The notes beneath the pieces were generated by a model. The model did no database searches and was not told where the DNA came from. It saw only the letters and a list, made by a program, of their open reading frames with translations. From positions 1 to 43,915 of the IMG/VR virus record IMGVR_UViG_3300026383_000001: a stretch of DNA of 43,915 nucleotides. One strand, written 5' to 3'. Position numbers and translations under genes: made by a program. Below are positions 8,794 through 17,385 of this stretch, piece after piece; position 1 is the stretch's first letter; each line of letters opens with the position of its first letter. Origin of the DNA: a virus.

Positions 8794-9022
8794 GAATATC
8801 CTCAGCTAACTGGTTCTTGATTTCACGGTAGTGATAAGGGGATTCCCGGCGCAGCACTAATAGCGCGTCCTCTACCGCCACGAAATCGTTGTTGTAGTAA
8901 GCCGCCCACACACTATCGATAGCATTCTGGCGTGCACGTGTGATTCCACGGTGGACAGTCGCGCCCGGCAGTCCCTGGTGTTTCAGTTCCCGTGCTTGTG
9001 CTCGACTCAGACGTTTGACCAT
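8780..9022 (-). CDS. Hypothetical protein
   Basis: The ATG at 9022 lies 8 nt after GAGGGA (MVKRLSRAQARELKHQGLPG...). It overlaps the 3' tail of the exonuclease ORF out of frame. Confidence 0.6.
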   Translation of the reverse strand: MVKRLSRAQARELKHQGLPGATVHRGITRARQNAIDSVWAAYYNNDFVAVEDALLVLRRESPYHYREIKNQLAEDIHDRV

Positions 9023-9932
9023 TCTCAAAATCCCTCATTGCTGCGTTGTACGCCAGCACCTCAATGTGGTACTGGTTCAGTGCATCCAACCATTGCTGGA
9101 TGTTGTCGGGCAAGCCCAACTCGGACAGATACTTATAAGCGGAGTCATCTGGCGTACGGCGTAACCACAAGCACTCGGCTTCAGCCAATGGGTTCTGCCC
9201 ACCCTCCATATAACCGCGTAGAACGAACTCTGCTGCGTCGTACTCCGAAGTAATACCATTAAGTGCCTGGTACGCGCCAACAGCGCCACAGGCCCTCCCA
9301 TGCAGCTTAACGATACCCTTCACGTTATCTGCAGCGTCGCCCATCAGCATCTGCGCCCAGAAGAACTTGGTACCGTGCCCGACTGTCTTGGTCTGGCTGG
9401 TCAGTTCTTTCTGCGCTATCCAGCCGAATCGGCCATCAATCACATCGATGCGCCCCTCCTCTGCAATCCAGAGTGGGCCAGGCGTAATGTTCAAGTCCTT
9501 ATCGCCGGACACCATGACAGCCTTGTCGCCGAAGTACAGAGCGTCCTGCATCAGCCCGTCGTCCGCTTCCCGGTCAATCCAGTTGAATACCGACCAGTGC
9601 CCTGGCCAGTCGTGGGACGGGATGGCGAGACGCAGAGGTGCAAGCAGAGGTGGCTTAGGCTTGTTCTTTCGGTTCCCTTGGTACGGCAGCACCGTGGGGT
9701 AGTCATCACGCCGGCACTTCAAACAACCAGAGTCCGTGATGTGCACCCTCACTAACTCGGAGTCGGTGAGGAAGCGCTCAGTCTCTACCAGTGTTTGGTA
9801 CCGGGTGATAGCCGTGGGCAGTTTCTTCACAGTGGCAGCTGCTTGATACGCGGGGAAGTCCCCGTCCAGCAGCATGATGCGACCCTCAACCTGTGAAGTG
9901 AACTGCGTAGGTAAATCACCAAAGTCAATCAT
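8913..9932 (-). CDS. 5'-3' exonuclease (FEN / T7 gp6-like)
   Basis: Motifs LLDGDFPAYQAA and VMVSGDKDL, typical of the FEN/5'-3' exonuclease family. The ATG at 9932 follows GGAGAG. The last ~36 codons are low-complexity and overlap the next gene. Confidence 0.85.
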   Translation of the reverse strand: MIDFGDLPTQFTSQVEGRIMLLDGDFPAYQAAATVKKLPTAITRYQTLVETERFLTDSELVRVHITDSGCLKCRRDDYPTVLPYQGNRKNKPKPPLLAPLRLAIPSHDWPGHWSVFNWIDREADDGLMQDALYFGDKAVMVSGDKDLNITPGPLWIAEEGRIDVIDGRFGWIAQKELTSQTKTVGHGTKFFWAQMLMGDAADNVKGIVKLHGRACGAVGAYQALNGITSEYDAAEFVLRGYMEGGQNPLAEAECLWLRRTPDDSAYKYLSELGLPDNIQQWLDALNQYHIEVLAYNAAMRDFENGQTSESSTSTGTETPGTAGRDCPPWNHTCTPECYR

Positions 9933-9985
9933 CAATCTCTCCTGAGCTACCCCGCTCAGTTGAACGGGTAGTCGGTAAAGTCATT

Positions 9986-10846
9986 TCAGGATGGCATTAC
10001 AGGCGCCGCAGGCATCGCTGGCATTACCGGAGCCGCCGGTGCGGCCGGCATAACAGGTGCTGCTGGAGCTACTGCTGCAGGTACCTCCGGGGCGGCAGGT
10101 GCGGCCGGTGCCGGGCTTGCAGGAACCTCCGGTGCAGCTGGGGCTGCTACCGCGGCTGCCGGGTCAGGCAACACCACACCGGAAAGCAGCTGCTCCAACG
10201 GGGAGCCAGGGAAGTTGTTCGCGGTCATGATTTGTTCCTGGATACGGTTCTTGCTGTTGCCGTCGTCATAGCTACCTTCAACGAACAGGCTATCCCAGGT
10301 TTCCTTGGTCGGCTTATCGAAGAAGAAGTATTTCAGGTCAGCTGCAGTTACCTCCGGCACCGGGTACGGCGCTTTAGAAATAGTATCCATCGGCGGCAGG
10401 ATACCGTCCAGGTTGATACGGTTGCTCTCCTTGCCTGTATTCTTGCTCTTGGCGATGGTGATTGGAATCAGGTACGCACGGCCCAGCGCCTGAGCGAAGT
10501 GCTTAATGTCACCAGCCCAGTTCAGACGGTTGAACAGCTTCTTCGCGTTCGCCTTGGTGTTGTTGCTAATACCCAGGTCGAAAGTGCTGATGAAGCGCCC
10601 ATCGTAGCAGTTGTCCTGGCCACCGAACAGCTTGAAGCCAATCTTCACCATATCGGTAGGTGCTTTGGTTTCGCCATTCACCACGGGGGTGTGGTTGCCC
10701 AGCTCGATGTACGACACACAGCGCGCCATCGCATAACCCTCTGGCATCAGACCACCGCCACCGCCGGTGTTCTCTTCGGTCATGTCAACAGTTTGGGTTG
10801 CCAGCACGTCGTTAATCAGGCTGCTCAGGATGTTCATATCGGACAT
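9986..10846 (-). CDS. Hypothetical replication-module protein with an Ala/Pro-repeat C-terminal tail
   Basis: 286-aa ORF between the DNAP and exonuclease genes. It has a G5 loop (TGGGGGLMPEGY) and a 59-aa C-terminal A/P tail. An ssDNA-binding role is only a positional guess. Confidence 0.6.
   Translation of the reverse strand: MSDMNILSSLINDVLATQTVDMTEENTGGGGGLMPEGYAMARCVSYIELGNHTPVVNGETKAPTDMVKIGFKLFGGQDNCYDGRFISTFDLGISNNTKANAKKLFNRLNWAGDIKHFAQALGRAYLIPITIAKSKNTGKESNRINLDGILPPMDTISKAPYPVPEVTAADLKYFFFDKPTKETWDSLFVEGSYDDGNSKNRIQEQIMTANNFPGSPLEQLLSGVVLPDPAAAVAAPAAPEVPASPAPAAPAAPEVPAAVAPAAPVMPAAPAAPVMPAMPAAPVMPS
9989..10165 (-). repeat. Coding low-complexity repeat (AAPAAPEVPA x2, AAPVMP x3)
   Basis: Translation ...AAPAAPEVPASPAPAAPAAPEVPAAVAPAAPVMPAAPAAPVMPAMPAAPVMPS. 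The DNA is built of reiterated GCN/CCN units. Confidence 0.8.
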
Positions 10847-10902
10847 AGTATTCTCGCTCTGTAATGAAAGGATTTAATGCGTTGCAAGTACAGACCGCGG
10901 GC

Positions 10903-11163
10903 TTACGCCAGCAGGTCGATGGTTTGGGTTACTACTCTGGTGCCGGTATCTGCATCAATGTTCCGGTGTCTAAGCGCACGCATAGCGACGTCAGCGCTTA
11001 AATGCTTCTTCTTGTGCCGGGCGAAAGCTTCCCGTGCCGCCGGTGTGTCGGGGGCCTCAGCAGCGTACAGAGCATCCGCAATGTATAACAGTTCTTCGTC
11101 GGTCAACGCACTGTTCGCTAATGCCAGGCTTGCCTGGCGTGGTGGGACTTGTACTTCGCTCAT
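10903..11163 (-). CDS. Hypothetical protein
   Basis: 86-aa ORF starting 2 nt after the DNAP stop. Confidence 0.6.
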   Translation of the reverse strand: MSEVQVPPRQASLALANSALTDEELLYIADALYAAEAPDTPAAREAFARHKKKHLSADVAMRALRHRNIDADTGTRVVTQTIDLLA

Positions 11164-11165
11164 AA

Positions 11166-13535
11166 TTACTCCACGTGTGATTTGTCGTACATGCTGCTGC
11201 CCATCTCGGCCGCAGCTGGGAAAGGCACATCCGCCATGTTGTACTCCGGCCAGATGTTCGTCATGTACCGCGGCGCGTCTTCCATGATTGCCTTCGCACC
11301 CAGGGCTGCCTCACGGCCTACCTCAGGGTTTGCTGCATCCATGTACGCTGCGTCGTGTACGTTGTTGATTAAGCATACCTGGTCGTCGAACCAATCTTTA
11401 CTGATTAGCCAGCGGCAGATACGCCCCATGCTCACGCTCATCATGAACCCGGCCTCACCCTGGAATGGATAGTTCGCCATCTGGGTAGGTTTATAATCCA
11501 TGACTTGCTTGCCGTCACGCCATTGGTCATGCTGGCGGAAGCTGTAACAGGTGGTGCTCGGCCCACGATAATAACCGCGACGATACACCCGCCACGTGCC
11601 ATTATCGGCCATCTCACGGTGGATGCTGCCCGGCAGTGCACCGGTGCGCTCTACCTCGTCAATAATGACTTGGCGGAACCCACGGGACGTTGGGAACATC
11701 TTCGCTTCGTTCGCCTGGAATTCCTCAGCGAACTCAATGGAACAACCGGTGTTGAACGCTAGCCCGGCGGCGGTAGCCCCGTACTGGTCAGCGAATGATA
11801 ACGGCTTAATGTCCGTTCGCATCTGCTTGTACTTCTTGTGCTCCGGGTGTGTCTCGTCGTGGCACTTCTTGAACACTTCCTCGTACGGCTCACCCAGGCG
11901 GTATGCCAGACGATAACAGTGCATGTCCGTATCAGCCTGCAGCAGCGCCAACAAGTCCATATCACGCGTCATCGCACACAGCATTACAACTTCCAGTGCC
12001 GAGTAGTCCACTTCAATGATGCGCCCACTCTCGCCGAATCGGCTGGTGAACATCTGCTTAACCTTGGACGTTCCATCACGCGGCAGGTTCTGCAGGTTCG
12101 GGTTGCTCGAGCTGAGTCGCGTCGTGACCGTTGCCGTAACGTTCAGACTGTGGTGCACGATGCTCTGGTCGTCGATGAACTGCATCATGCCCTTCTGCTC
12201 TTTCACTGTACCATCGGCGTTCAGGACTTGTCGGAGGTAGTACGTTCCGGTGTCCTTCTCGAGAGAGGCGAGCTTAACCATAAGCCCAACCTCAGGCACA
12301 AAGTTCTTGAGGCCTTTGAGTGCTTCTGTACTTGTTGAATACACTGGTGTAGTACCGTCACAAAGCGTGCGCGCTCCGACGTACTCCGCCCTGCGACCAA
12401 CATATTTCTCACGGATGCCTGGCGGCAGTCCATCGACCTTGACCAGTCCCGGTAGGACAACCGACGTGTCCGCCCACTTGAGTTTCTCTTCACTGGTATC
12501 CTCCCGGAATACCTTGATTGCGCCCTTGTTCTTACCCGAGGCATACCGCAGCGCCGGGCCGTACTCAACCTCGAGTGCCGCTACCTTGGTGAAGTCAAGC
12601 GCATCGTCTGTACTCACCTCCCGTACCGGCACCAGCTTCCCACTGGTGAACTTAACGAAGTCGTCCTTCACGTACTGCACCGGGTCGTACGGCACCTTGT
12701 GCTTGTACTTCACCGGGCCACCGTACACCAGAGCTGACATGTGGTAGTCACTGCCCCAGTTGAACTCCAGCTCCTCTGGTAAGTCCTTCGGCAGTAGCTC
12801 CTGCAGCTGCTCACGCAGCTCAGCAATCTCCGCCTCCTGCTCAGCCAGGTTCTTGTTCGCCACGTCCCGGTCTACGTACAGGCCGAAGAACTCGCAGTAA
12901 GCGAATGCCAGCAGCGCATCACAGCGCTCCCAGTACATGGCGGACATGCCCTCGGCAGCCAGCTTAGCCTGCTGACCGTAGAAGCACAGCGCGGTGTTCT
13001 CAATGTCCCCACTCTGCCCGGTAGTGGCCTTGGTGCCGGCCAGGTAGCGGATGAGCAAGTCCTTGTCAATCTGCGAAGTCAGGTGACCCTGTTCCCACAG
13101 AATCTTCACACCGTCAACCTTGTGGTCACCACCGTACAGCACCGCCGTCTCATCCAGGGATGGGTACAACGTCTGCTGGTGCGATACCAGGTACTCGCCC
13201 AGGGCGGTACAAGCCACACGACCACCGCGCTTGAGGAAGTCTTCCAGTATCTTCCGGTGGCGGGATAGTAACCACTTCAACTCGAATTGTGCGTTATGAC
13301 ATACCATGACACTGCAATCAGCAAGAACATTAAACCACCCGCTGGAGTTGGCCTCTTCCGCATTGTGGAAATAATCATACTTCACATCACCCTGCTCTAC
13401 TGTACCATCATCATTCACTGTATCCACTCGCCACCCTGGAGCTACTATGTAGTTAGCTGGGTTGAACGGTGAGGCCACCTGTCCATACCACGGGTGGTTC
13501 TCCGTCTCTAAGTCCACGTGGAGTATCTTGTACAT
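11166..13535 (-). CDS. DNA polymerase, family A (T7 gp5-like)
   Basis: 789 aa. Motifs HVDLETEN (Exo I), DYSALEVV (motif A), RTDIKPLSFADQYG (motif B) and NVHDAAY (motif C). Confidence 0.95.
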   Translation of the reverse strand: MYKILHVDLETENHPWYGQVASPFNPANYIVAPGWRVDTVNDDGTVEQGDVKYDYFHNAEEANSSGWFNVLADCSVMVCHNAQFELKWLLSRHRKILEDFLKRGGRVACTALGEYLVSHQQTLYPSLDETAVLYGGDHKVDGVKILWEQGHLTSQIDKDLLIRYLAGTKATTGQSGDIENTALCFYGQQAKLAAEGMSAMYWERCDALLAFAYCEFFGLYVDRDVANKNLAEQEAEIAELREQLQELLPKDLPEELEFNWGSDYHMSALVYGGPVKYKHKVPYDPVQYVKDDFVKFTSGKLVPVREVSTDDALDFTKVAALEVEYGPALRYASGKNKGAIKVFREDTSEEKLKWADTSVVLPGLVKVDGLPPGIREKYVGRRAEYVGARTLCDGTTPVYSTSTEALKGLKNFVPEVGLMVKLASLEKDTGTYYLRQVLNADGTVKEQKGMMQFIDDQSIVHHSLNVTATVTTRLSSSNPNLQNLPRDGTSKVKQMFTSRFGESGRIIEVDYSALEVVMLCAMTRDMDLLALLQADTDMHCYRLAYRLGEPYEEVFKKCHDETHPEHKKYKQMRTDIKPLSFADQYGATAAGLAFNTGCSIEFAEEFQANEAKMFPTSRGFRQVIIDEVERTGALPGSIHREMADNGTWRVYRRGYYRGPSTTCYSFRQHDQWRDGKQVMDYKPTQMANYPFQGEAGFMMSVSMGRICRWLISKDWFDDQVCLINNVHDAAYMDAANPEVGREAALGAKAIMEDAPRYMTNIWPEYNMADVPFPAAAEMGSSMYDKSHVE

Positions 13536-13557
13536 TTAGATTACCTGTATTTGGAGG

Positions 13558-13584
13558 GAGATACTGCATCTCCCCTTTGAGTGA
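13558..13584 (-). promoter_or_regulatory. Phage RNAP promoter candidate P2 (upstream of the DNAP gene)
   Basis: The minus strand reads AATTAGTGTATCACTCAAAGGGGAGAT in the ligase-DNAP gap. The predicted transcript 5' end GGGGAGAUgcaguAUCUCCC can fold into a 7-bp hairpin. Confidence 0.7.
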
Positions 13585-13592
13585 TACACTAA

Positions 13593-14537
13593 TTAAGCCT
13601 TGATGCCTGGAGCGTACTCTAAGTCCCTGAATCGTACGAAGTTTCCGTGTCTCAGGGAACCATCCTCGGTGTACTCCATGAACTCAATTTCAACGTATCT
13701 GTTTTGGTAGGGGTTCTTGCCGCCGGTACAGGAGAGCACTGTCGCTGTAAACTCCGCCATCTGCGCCTGTGTAATGCCGGTCACATTAGTGCGTACTCCG
13801 TTCTCTAAGAGAACCTCGAATCCGATAACTTTACCTGCATTGGCTAGTCCTTCGGTACCCCACACCAGACCTACAATGCGCCCGTCGCAGGTGTCCTCCG
13901 GCTTGAGCTTCCACCAGCCGGCCACCTTACCGTTCTTCGTACCGTCGTCGGGTGTCTTGATTACCGCGCCCTCCTTCTTCAAGCTGCGGGCGAACTCAAA
14001 GAACTCATGGCAGTCAGCGATGCTGCGAAGCTGGCGCGCCTCTACGTACCGAACGAAGATGCTCGGGTACGGAACCTCCTGCATCTTCCGCACCAGAAGC
14101 TGCTTGCGGAATGCGTACTCCAATGCGAAAGGCTTTTCGCCGGTCAGTGCCTCAATCGGTGCAGTGTCCCACACGTGGAACATCGTGATGTGGCCACCCT
14201 CTACAGGGAGTGCCTCAAAACGCCGCAGGATGCCGCTGGCTTCGCTGAAGGGAATACCCGGTATGGTGACTTCACCATCTACGTAGAAGCCCGCAGGGAG
14301 CGTCTCAAGCAGCCCACGGAGGTACCGCTTGCGGTTCTCCAGGGAGCGAATCTCAATACCCTCGCGGGTGATAACACGCACCTCGCCCTCGTGCATGTAC
14401 GCATGGAAGCGGAAGCCGTCTTCCTTAATCTCACCAAGTACGTACCCGCACCGGGTGATAGCCTTGGTAATCTGTGACTCGTTCCAGTTGCCTGGTTTCT
14501 GGCAGCGGGCCGCCAGTACACGGGGTTGCTTAGCCAT
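13593..14537 (-). CDS. ATP-dependent DNA ligase
   Basis: 314 aa with the adenylation motif EIKEDGFR (KxDG). Size and position are as in T7/phiKMV ligases. Confidence 0.9.
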   Translation of the reverse strand: MAKQPRVLAARCQKPGNWNESQITKAITRCGYVLGEIKEDGFRFHAYMHEGEVRVITREGIEIRSLENRKRYLRGLLETLPAGFYVDGEVTIPGIPFSEASGILRRFEALPVEGGHITMFHVWDTAPIEALTGEKPFALEYAFRKQLLVRKMQEVPYPSIFVRYVEARQLRSIADCHEFFEFARSLKKEGAVIKTPDDGTKNGKVAGWWKLKPEDTCDGRIVGLVWGTEGLANAGKVIGFEVLLENGVRTNVTGITQAQMAEFTATVLSCTGGKNPYQNRYVEIEFMEYTEDGSLRHGNFVRFRDLEYAPGIKA

Positions 14538-14757
14538 TGTCTTTTACCTCTTTCTGTTTACGTGGAGCACGTGCCGCTGGGGCTTGTAGCGCTGCGGTCT
14601 CCTTGCTCACGATGAGCATAACGCGGGCGGTTCTGAATGCACGCTGAATACGTTCTGCAAGTACAGCGTCCGTATCGTGCGGGGCCACCGGCGGCATCAC
14701 TGCCGCGGCGAACTGGTTAATCAAAGCCATGTCTTCACTGCTGTACAAATTACTCAC
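14530..14757 (-). CDS. Hypothetical protein
   Basis: 75-aa ORF with a GTG start overlapping the helicase stop (GTGA), preceded by GGAG. Confidence 0.55.
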   Translation of the reverse strand: MSNLYSSEDMALINQFAAAVMPPVAPHDTDAVLAERIQRAFRTARVMLIVSKETAALQAPAARAPRKQKEVKDNG

Positions 14758-16016
14758 GGTGCTCCATCCTCAAAAGTGCATCGCGGTGCATCGAAGAACA
14801 CCTGCGACTGTACGTTACTTGGTTTGCCCTGCATCTGGCGCTTGTTCTTCGGGGTACTGAATCCGCGAAGCTCAGCCATCTCTGCTGCGTTCAATGCGCC
14901 CATCATCAGGATTACATCCACCGCACCCTGTACACCCGTCTTGGAGTCTTTGAGCGCACTGTACGGTGGGAACAGCTGGTCATCACCATCGGCGGAGATT
15001 TGAATCGTAGGTATGCCCACAAAGTCGTGGCGCACAGCCATCTCACGCATCTCCTGATACTTCTGCTCCTCTGCATCCGTCTTATTCCCTCCGTTCACAC
15101 CGTTGATTCGGAAGTTCGCCATCATGTCGAACACCACCACACACGGGTTGAACTCCTCGATTACCTGCTCCAGCTGACCCAGGCTCATGCCGTGGCAGTC
15201 CTTGACGATAATCTTCTGACCGTCTACCGCTGCATTGTACCGGTCGGTTAACTCCCCGGCATTGCTCAGGCGCACCAGCTCGGCGAAGTCAATCTTTAAC
15301 GCTGCTTGGTACACACGCGGTACGATACGCTTACCGGAACCTTCGTTGTTCAGCCACAGCAACGGGCGTCCGTCAAGGCCGAGGTCTTTAAGCTGCGTGG
15401 CGAAGTACGCCAAATTCGCAGCCAGGAGGCTCGTCTTGCCCTTATCAGGTCGACCGGCTACCAGCAGGGTATCTCCACCTTGTAAGCCACCTACGGTCGA
15501 TTGAAGCGCTGTAGTGACCAGCTTCAAGCCACGGTCGTTCTCGTACTCAGCCAGCAGGTCAGCAATCGGGGTGTCGATGTACGCGCTAGGCGCACTCGCA
15601 TTCACACTCCGAGCGCTGTTGTCGGCCAGGCGCTTCACCTCGTACAAGAAGTCAACCTCGGCCCCGGAGTTGTACTGGTTCACCAGCGCAGCGATACGGC
15701 CGGCTGCATCACGTTCATACAACGTCTTGGTGATACCCTCAACTTCCTGCGGGTCTACCGGTTCGTCCAGCTTATTCATGAGCAACCGCATCACGGCCAG
15801 CTGCTCAGGTGTACTGGTGCTGCCGGCTCGCAGAGTGAAGAGGCTCCGCAGAGCCTCCGTGTCCACTACCTGGGCATCCGGGAACGCTTTGAAGTATGCA
15901 TCGAACCACGATAGCATGGCGACAGTCTCCTGCCCCATGAGGTCATCGGGGACAGCGCCACGCAGCTGGCGGAACTTGTTTCTGTCTCGCAATACTGCAA
16001 GCACTATCTTGTCCAT
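14754..16016 (-). CDS. Replicative DNA helicase (DnaB / T7 gp4 C-terminal-like)
   Basis: Walker A GRPDKGKTS and Walker B-like CVVVFDMM. The ATG at 16016 follows AAGGAGG. The track ORF starts at the TTG at 16019. Confidence 0.9.
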   Translation of the reverse strand: MDKIVLAVLRDRNKFRQLRGAVPDDLMGQETVAMLSWFDAYFKAFPDAQVVDTEALRSLFTLRAGSTSTPEQLAVMRLLMNKLDEPVDPQEVEGITKTLYERDAAGRIAALVNQYNSGAEVDFLYEVKRLADNSARSVNASAPSAYIDTPIADLLAEYENDRGLKLVTTALQSTVGGLQGGDTLLVAGRPDKGKTSLLAANLAYFATQLKDLGLDGRPLLWLNNEGSGKRIVPRVYQAALKIDFAELVRLSNAGELTDRYNAAVDGQKIIVKDCHGMSLGQLEQVIEEFNPCVVVFDMMANFRINGVNGGNKTDAEEQKYQEMREMAVRHDFVGIPTIQISADGDDQLFPPYSALKDSKTGVQGAVDVILMMGALNAAEMAELRGFSTPKNKRQMQGKPSNVQSQVFFDAPRCTFEDGAP

Positions 16017-16183
16017 CAATCCTCCTTATGTGCATCGGGCAGTTTGTACAGCACCCAGGTACCGACGATGTACGCCCACTCACCTATCGTGTGCAATACA
16101 GCGAAGGGAGTAACGAGCACGAACCGGAGTATCAGCCAGTGCCAGTGATAACGCTTATACCACGGTATGTTTAACTGTTTCAT
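16016..16183 (-). CDS. Candidate 55-aa membrane protein between the primase and helicase genes
   Basis: ATG at 16183, 7 nt after GGAG. Translates MKQLNIPWYKRYHWHWLILRFVLVTPFAVLHTIGEWAYIVGTWVLYKLPDAHKED, which contains two hydrophobic stretches. Its TGA overlaps the helicase ATG. Below the ORF-track cutoff. Confidence 0.5.
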   Translation of the reverse strand: MKQLNIPWYKRYHWHWLILRFVLVTPFAVLHTIGEWAYIVGTWVLYKLPDAHKED

Positions 16184-16958
16184 ACAAACTCTCCAGAGTC
16201 ATATCTTTTGGGTCTCCCGATACTGGTCGGGCCTCAATGAACTTACCGCCGAACACTGCCATACGCCGACGAATACCAGCGGCGCCATCGGCACCTGCTC
16301 TGTCACCGTCGTACATGCAGATTATATCACGACCGGCCAGACTAGGTATCAGGCCGGGCACGACCACGGTGCCCAGAGTAGCGAGCACGCTTACTGAACT
16401 TTCTGGCGCATAGTGTTCTATCGCCTTCGCCACTTTGTAGGAACTTAACGCATCCTCCACAAGTACCATCGGCCCGGCATCCCGGTATCTCGTCCACCAT
16501 GCTTTCGGCTGGCCGAACCACTTGCCGTACTCCAACCACTTGGGCGATTGCCTCAAGCTCAACGCTCTGCCTAAGGCTTGATTGCCCTGTCGCAGTAATA
16601 TCCGGTTCGCACTTGCGCTGAACCATACCGCCTCCTCGGGGATAATGCCCGGCGGGCACCCCTTCTGAACAAGCAATTCCCAAATACGTTGTTGCTCGTA
16701 CCGGCTTGCTTGGGTTATGTGAATTACGTCTGCAGGTACAGGCTGCACCCGGTCTGGTTCTACCCGTGCCTCCTGAATCCGTTGGTGCTGCTTGGGCATT
16801 CGCCCACCGTCATGGCAGCGAAAACACCAACAGCTCCAACCATCATCATTATTATATACATCTAATGATGCGGTACGTCCGCAACCGTGACGTATACGTT
16901 TCTTCTGCCCAACATGCAGTCGCTTCGCCTCTGATAACCACTCATCATAAGGTATCAT
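16155..16958 (-). CDS. DNA primase (zinc-finger + TOPRIM)
   Basis: 267 aa with the Cys/His cluster CWCFRCHDGG and TOPRIM-like VLVEDALS and MYDGDRAG. Immediately upstream of the helicase gene. Confidence 0.85.
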   Translation of the reverse strand: MIPYDEWLSEAKRLHVGQKKRIRHGCGRTASLDVYNNDDGWSCWCFRCHDGGRMPKQHQRIQEARVEPDRVQPVPADVIHITQASRYEQQRIWELLVQKGCPPGIIPEEAVWFSASANRILLRQGNQALGRALSLRQSPKWLEYGKWFGQPKAWWTRYRDAGPMVLVEDALSSYKVAKAIEHYAPESSVSVLATLGTVVVPGLIPSLAGRDIICMYDGDRAGADGAAGIRRRMAVFGGKFIEARPVSGDPKDMTLESLYETVKHTVV

Positions 16959-17335
16959 TCTAACCTCGCGAATTCGCCATGTTGGGATAAGGCAGCAGTC
17001 GCATACGCCGCATGTGCAGCCTCTTCACTTTCAAAAGTACCGAGATATATACGCTTACCTGCCACACGTATCATTGAGTACCACTGTTTCTTCTGCCGAT
17101 TATAGAAGGCGCCCTTCTTATTACCAACCTTGCTAGTACCTCTACGATTATACTGGTTCTCCGTGTTGGTAGCCGCCCGCAGGTTGCACCACCTATTGTC
17201 AGACCTGTCCCCGTTTATGTGGTCGACTTGTGGCGGCAATGACAAGCCCTGTAGCAGGTAGGCTAACCTATGGGCGCGTTCTACCCGACCGTTGAAGTTC
17301 ATGCGTACGTACCCGTCTTTCCCTACTGCACCCAT
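16955..17335 (-). CDS. HNH-AP2 homing endonuclease (N-terminal part lies in another frame; see findings)
   Basis: Motifs HRLAYLL...VDHINGDRSDNRWCNLRAATNTEN (HNH) followed by an AP2-like KKGAFYNRQKKQWYSMIRVAGKRIYLGTFESEEAAHAAY. Confidence 0.8.
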   Translation of the reverse strand: MGAVGKDGYVRMNFNGRVERAHRLAYLLQGLSLPPQVDHINGDRSDNRWCNLRAATNTENQYNRRGTSKVGNKKGAFYNRQKKQWYSMIRVAGKRIYLGTFESEEAAHAAYATAALSQHGEFARLE

Positions 17336-17385
17336 AGGGCGACCCCCCTTTATACACTACACCAGTATCCTTATCATAACACCAG

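Noticed and set aside
9986-10165. Repetitive GC-rich DNA considered as a CRISPR or other non-coding tandem array
   Set aside because: The repeats are short, imperfect and in frame within a long ORF, encoding an Ala/Pro tail. There is no repeat-spacer organisation anywhere in the window.
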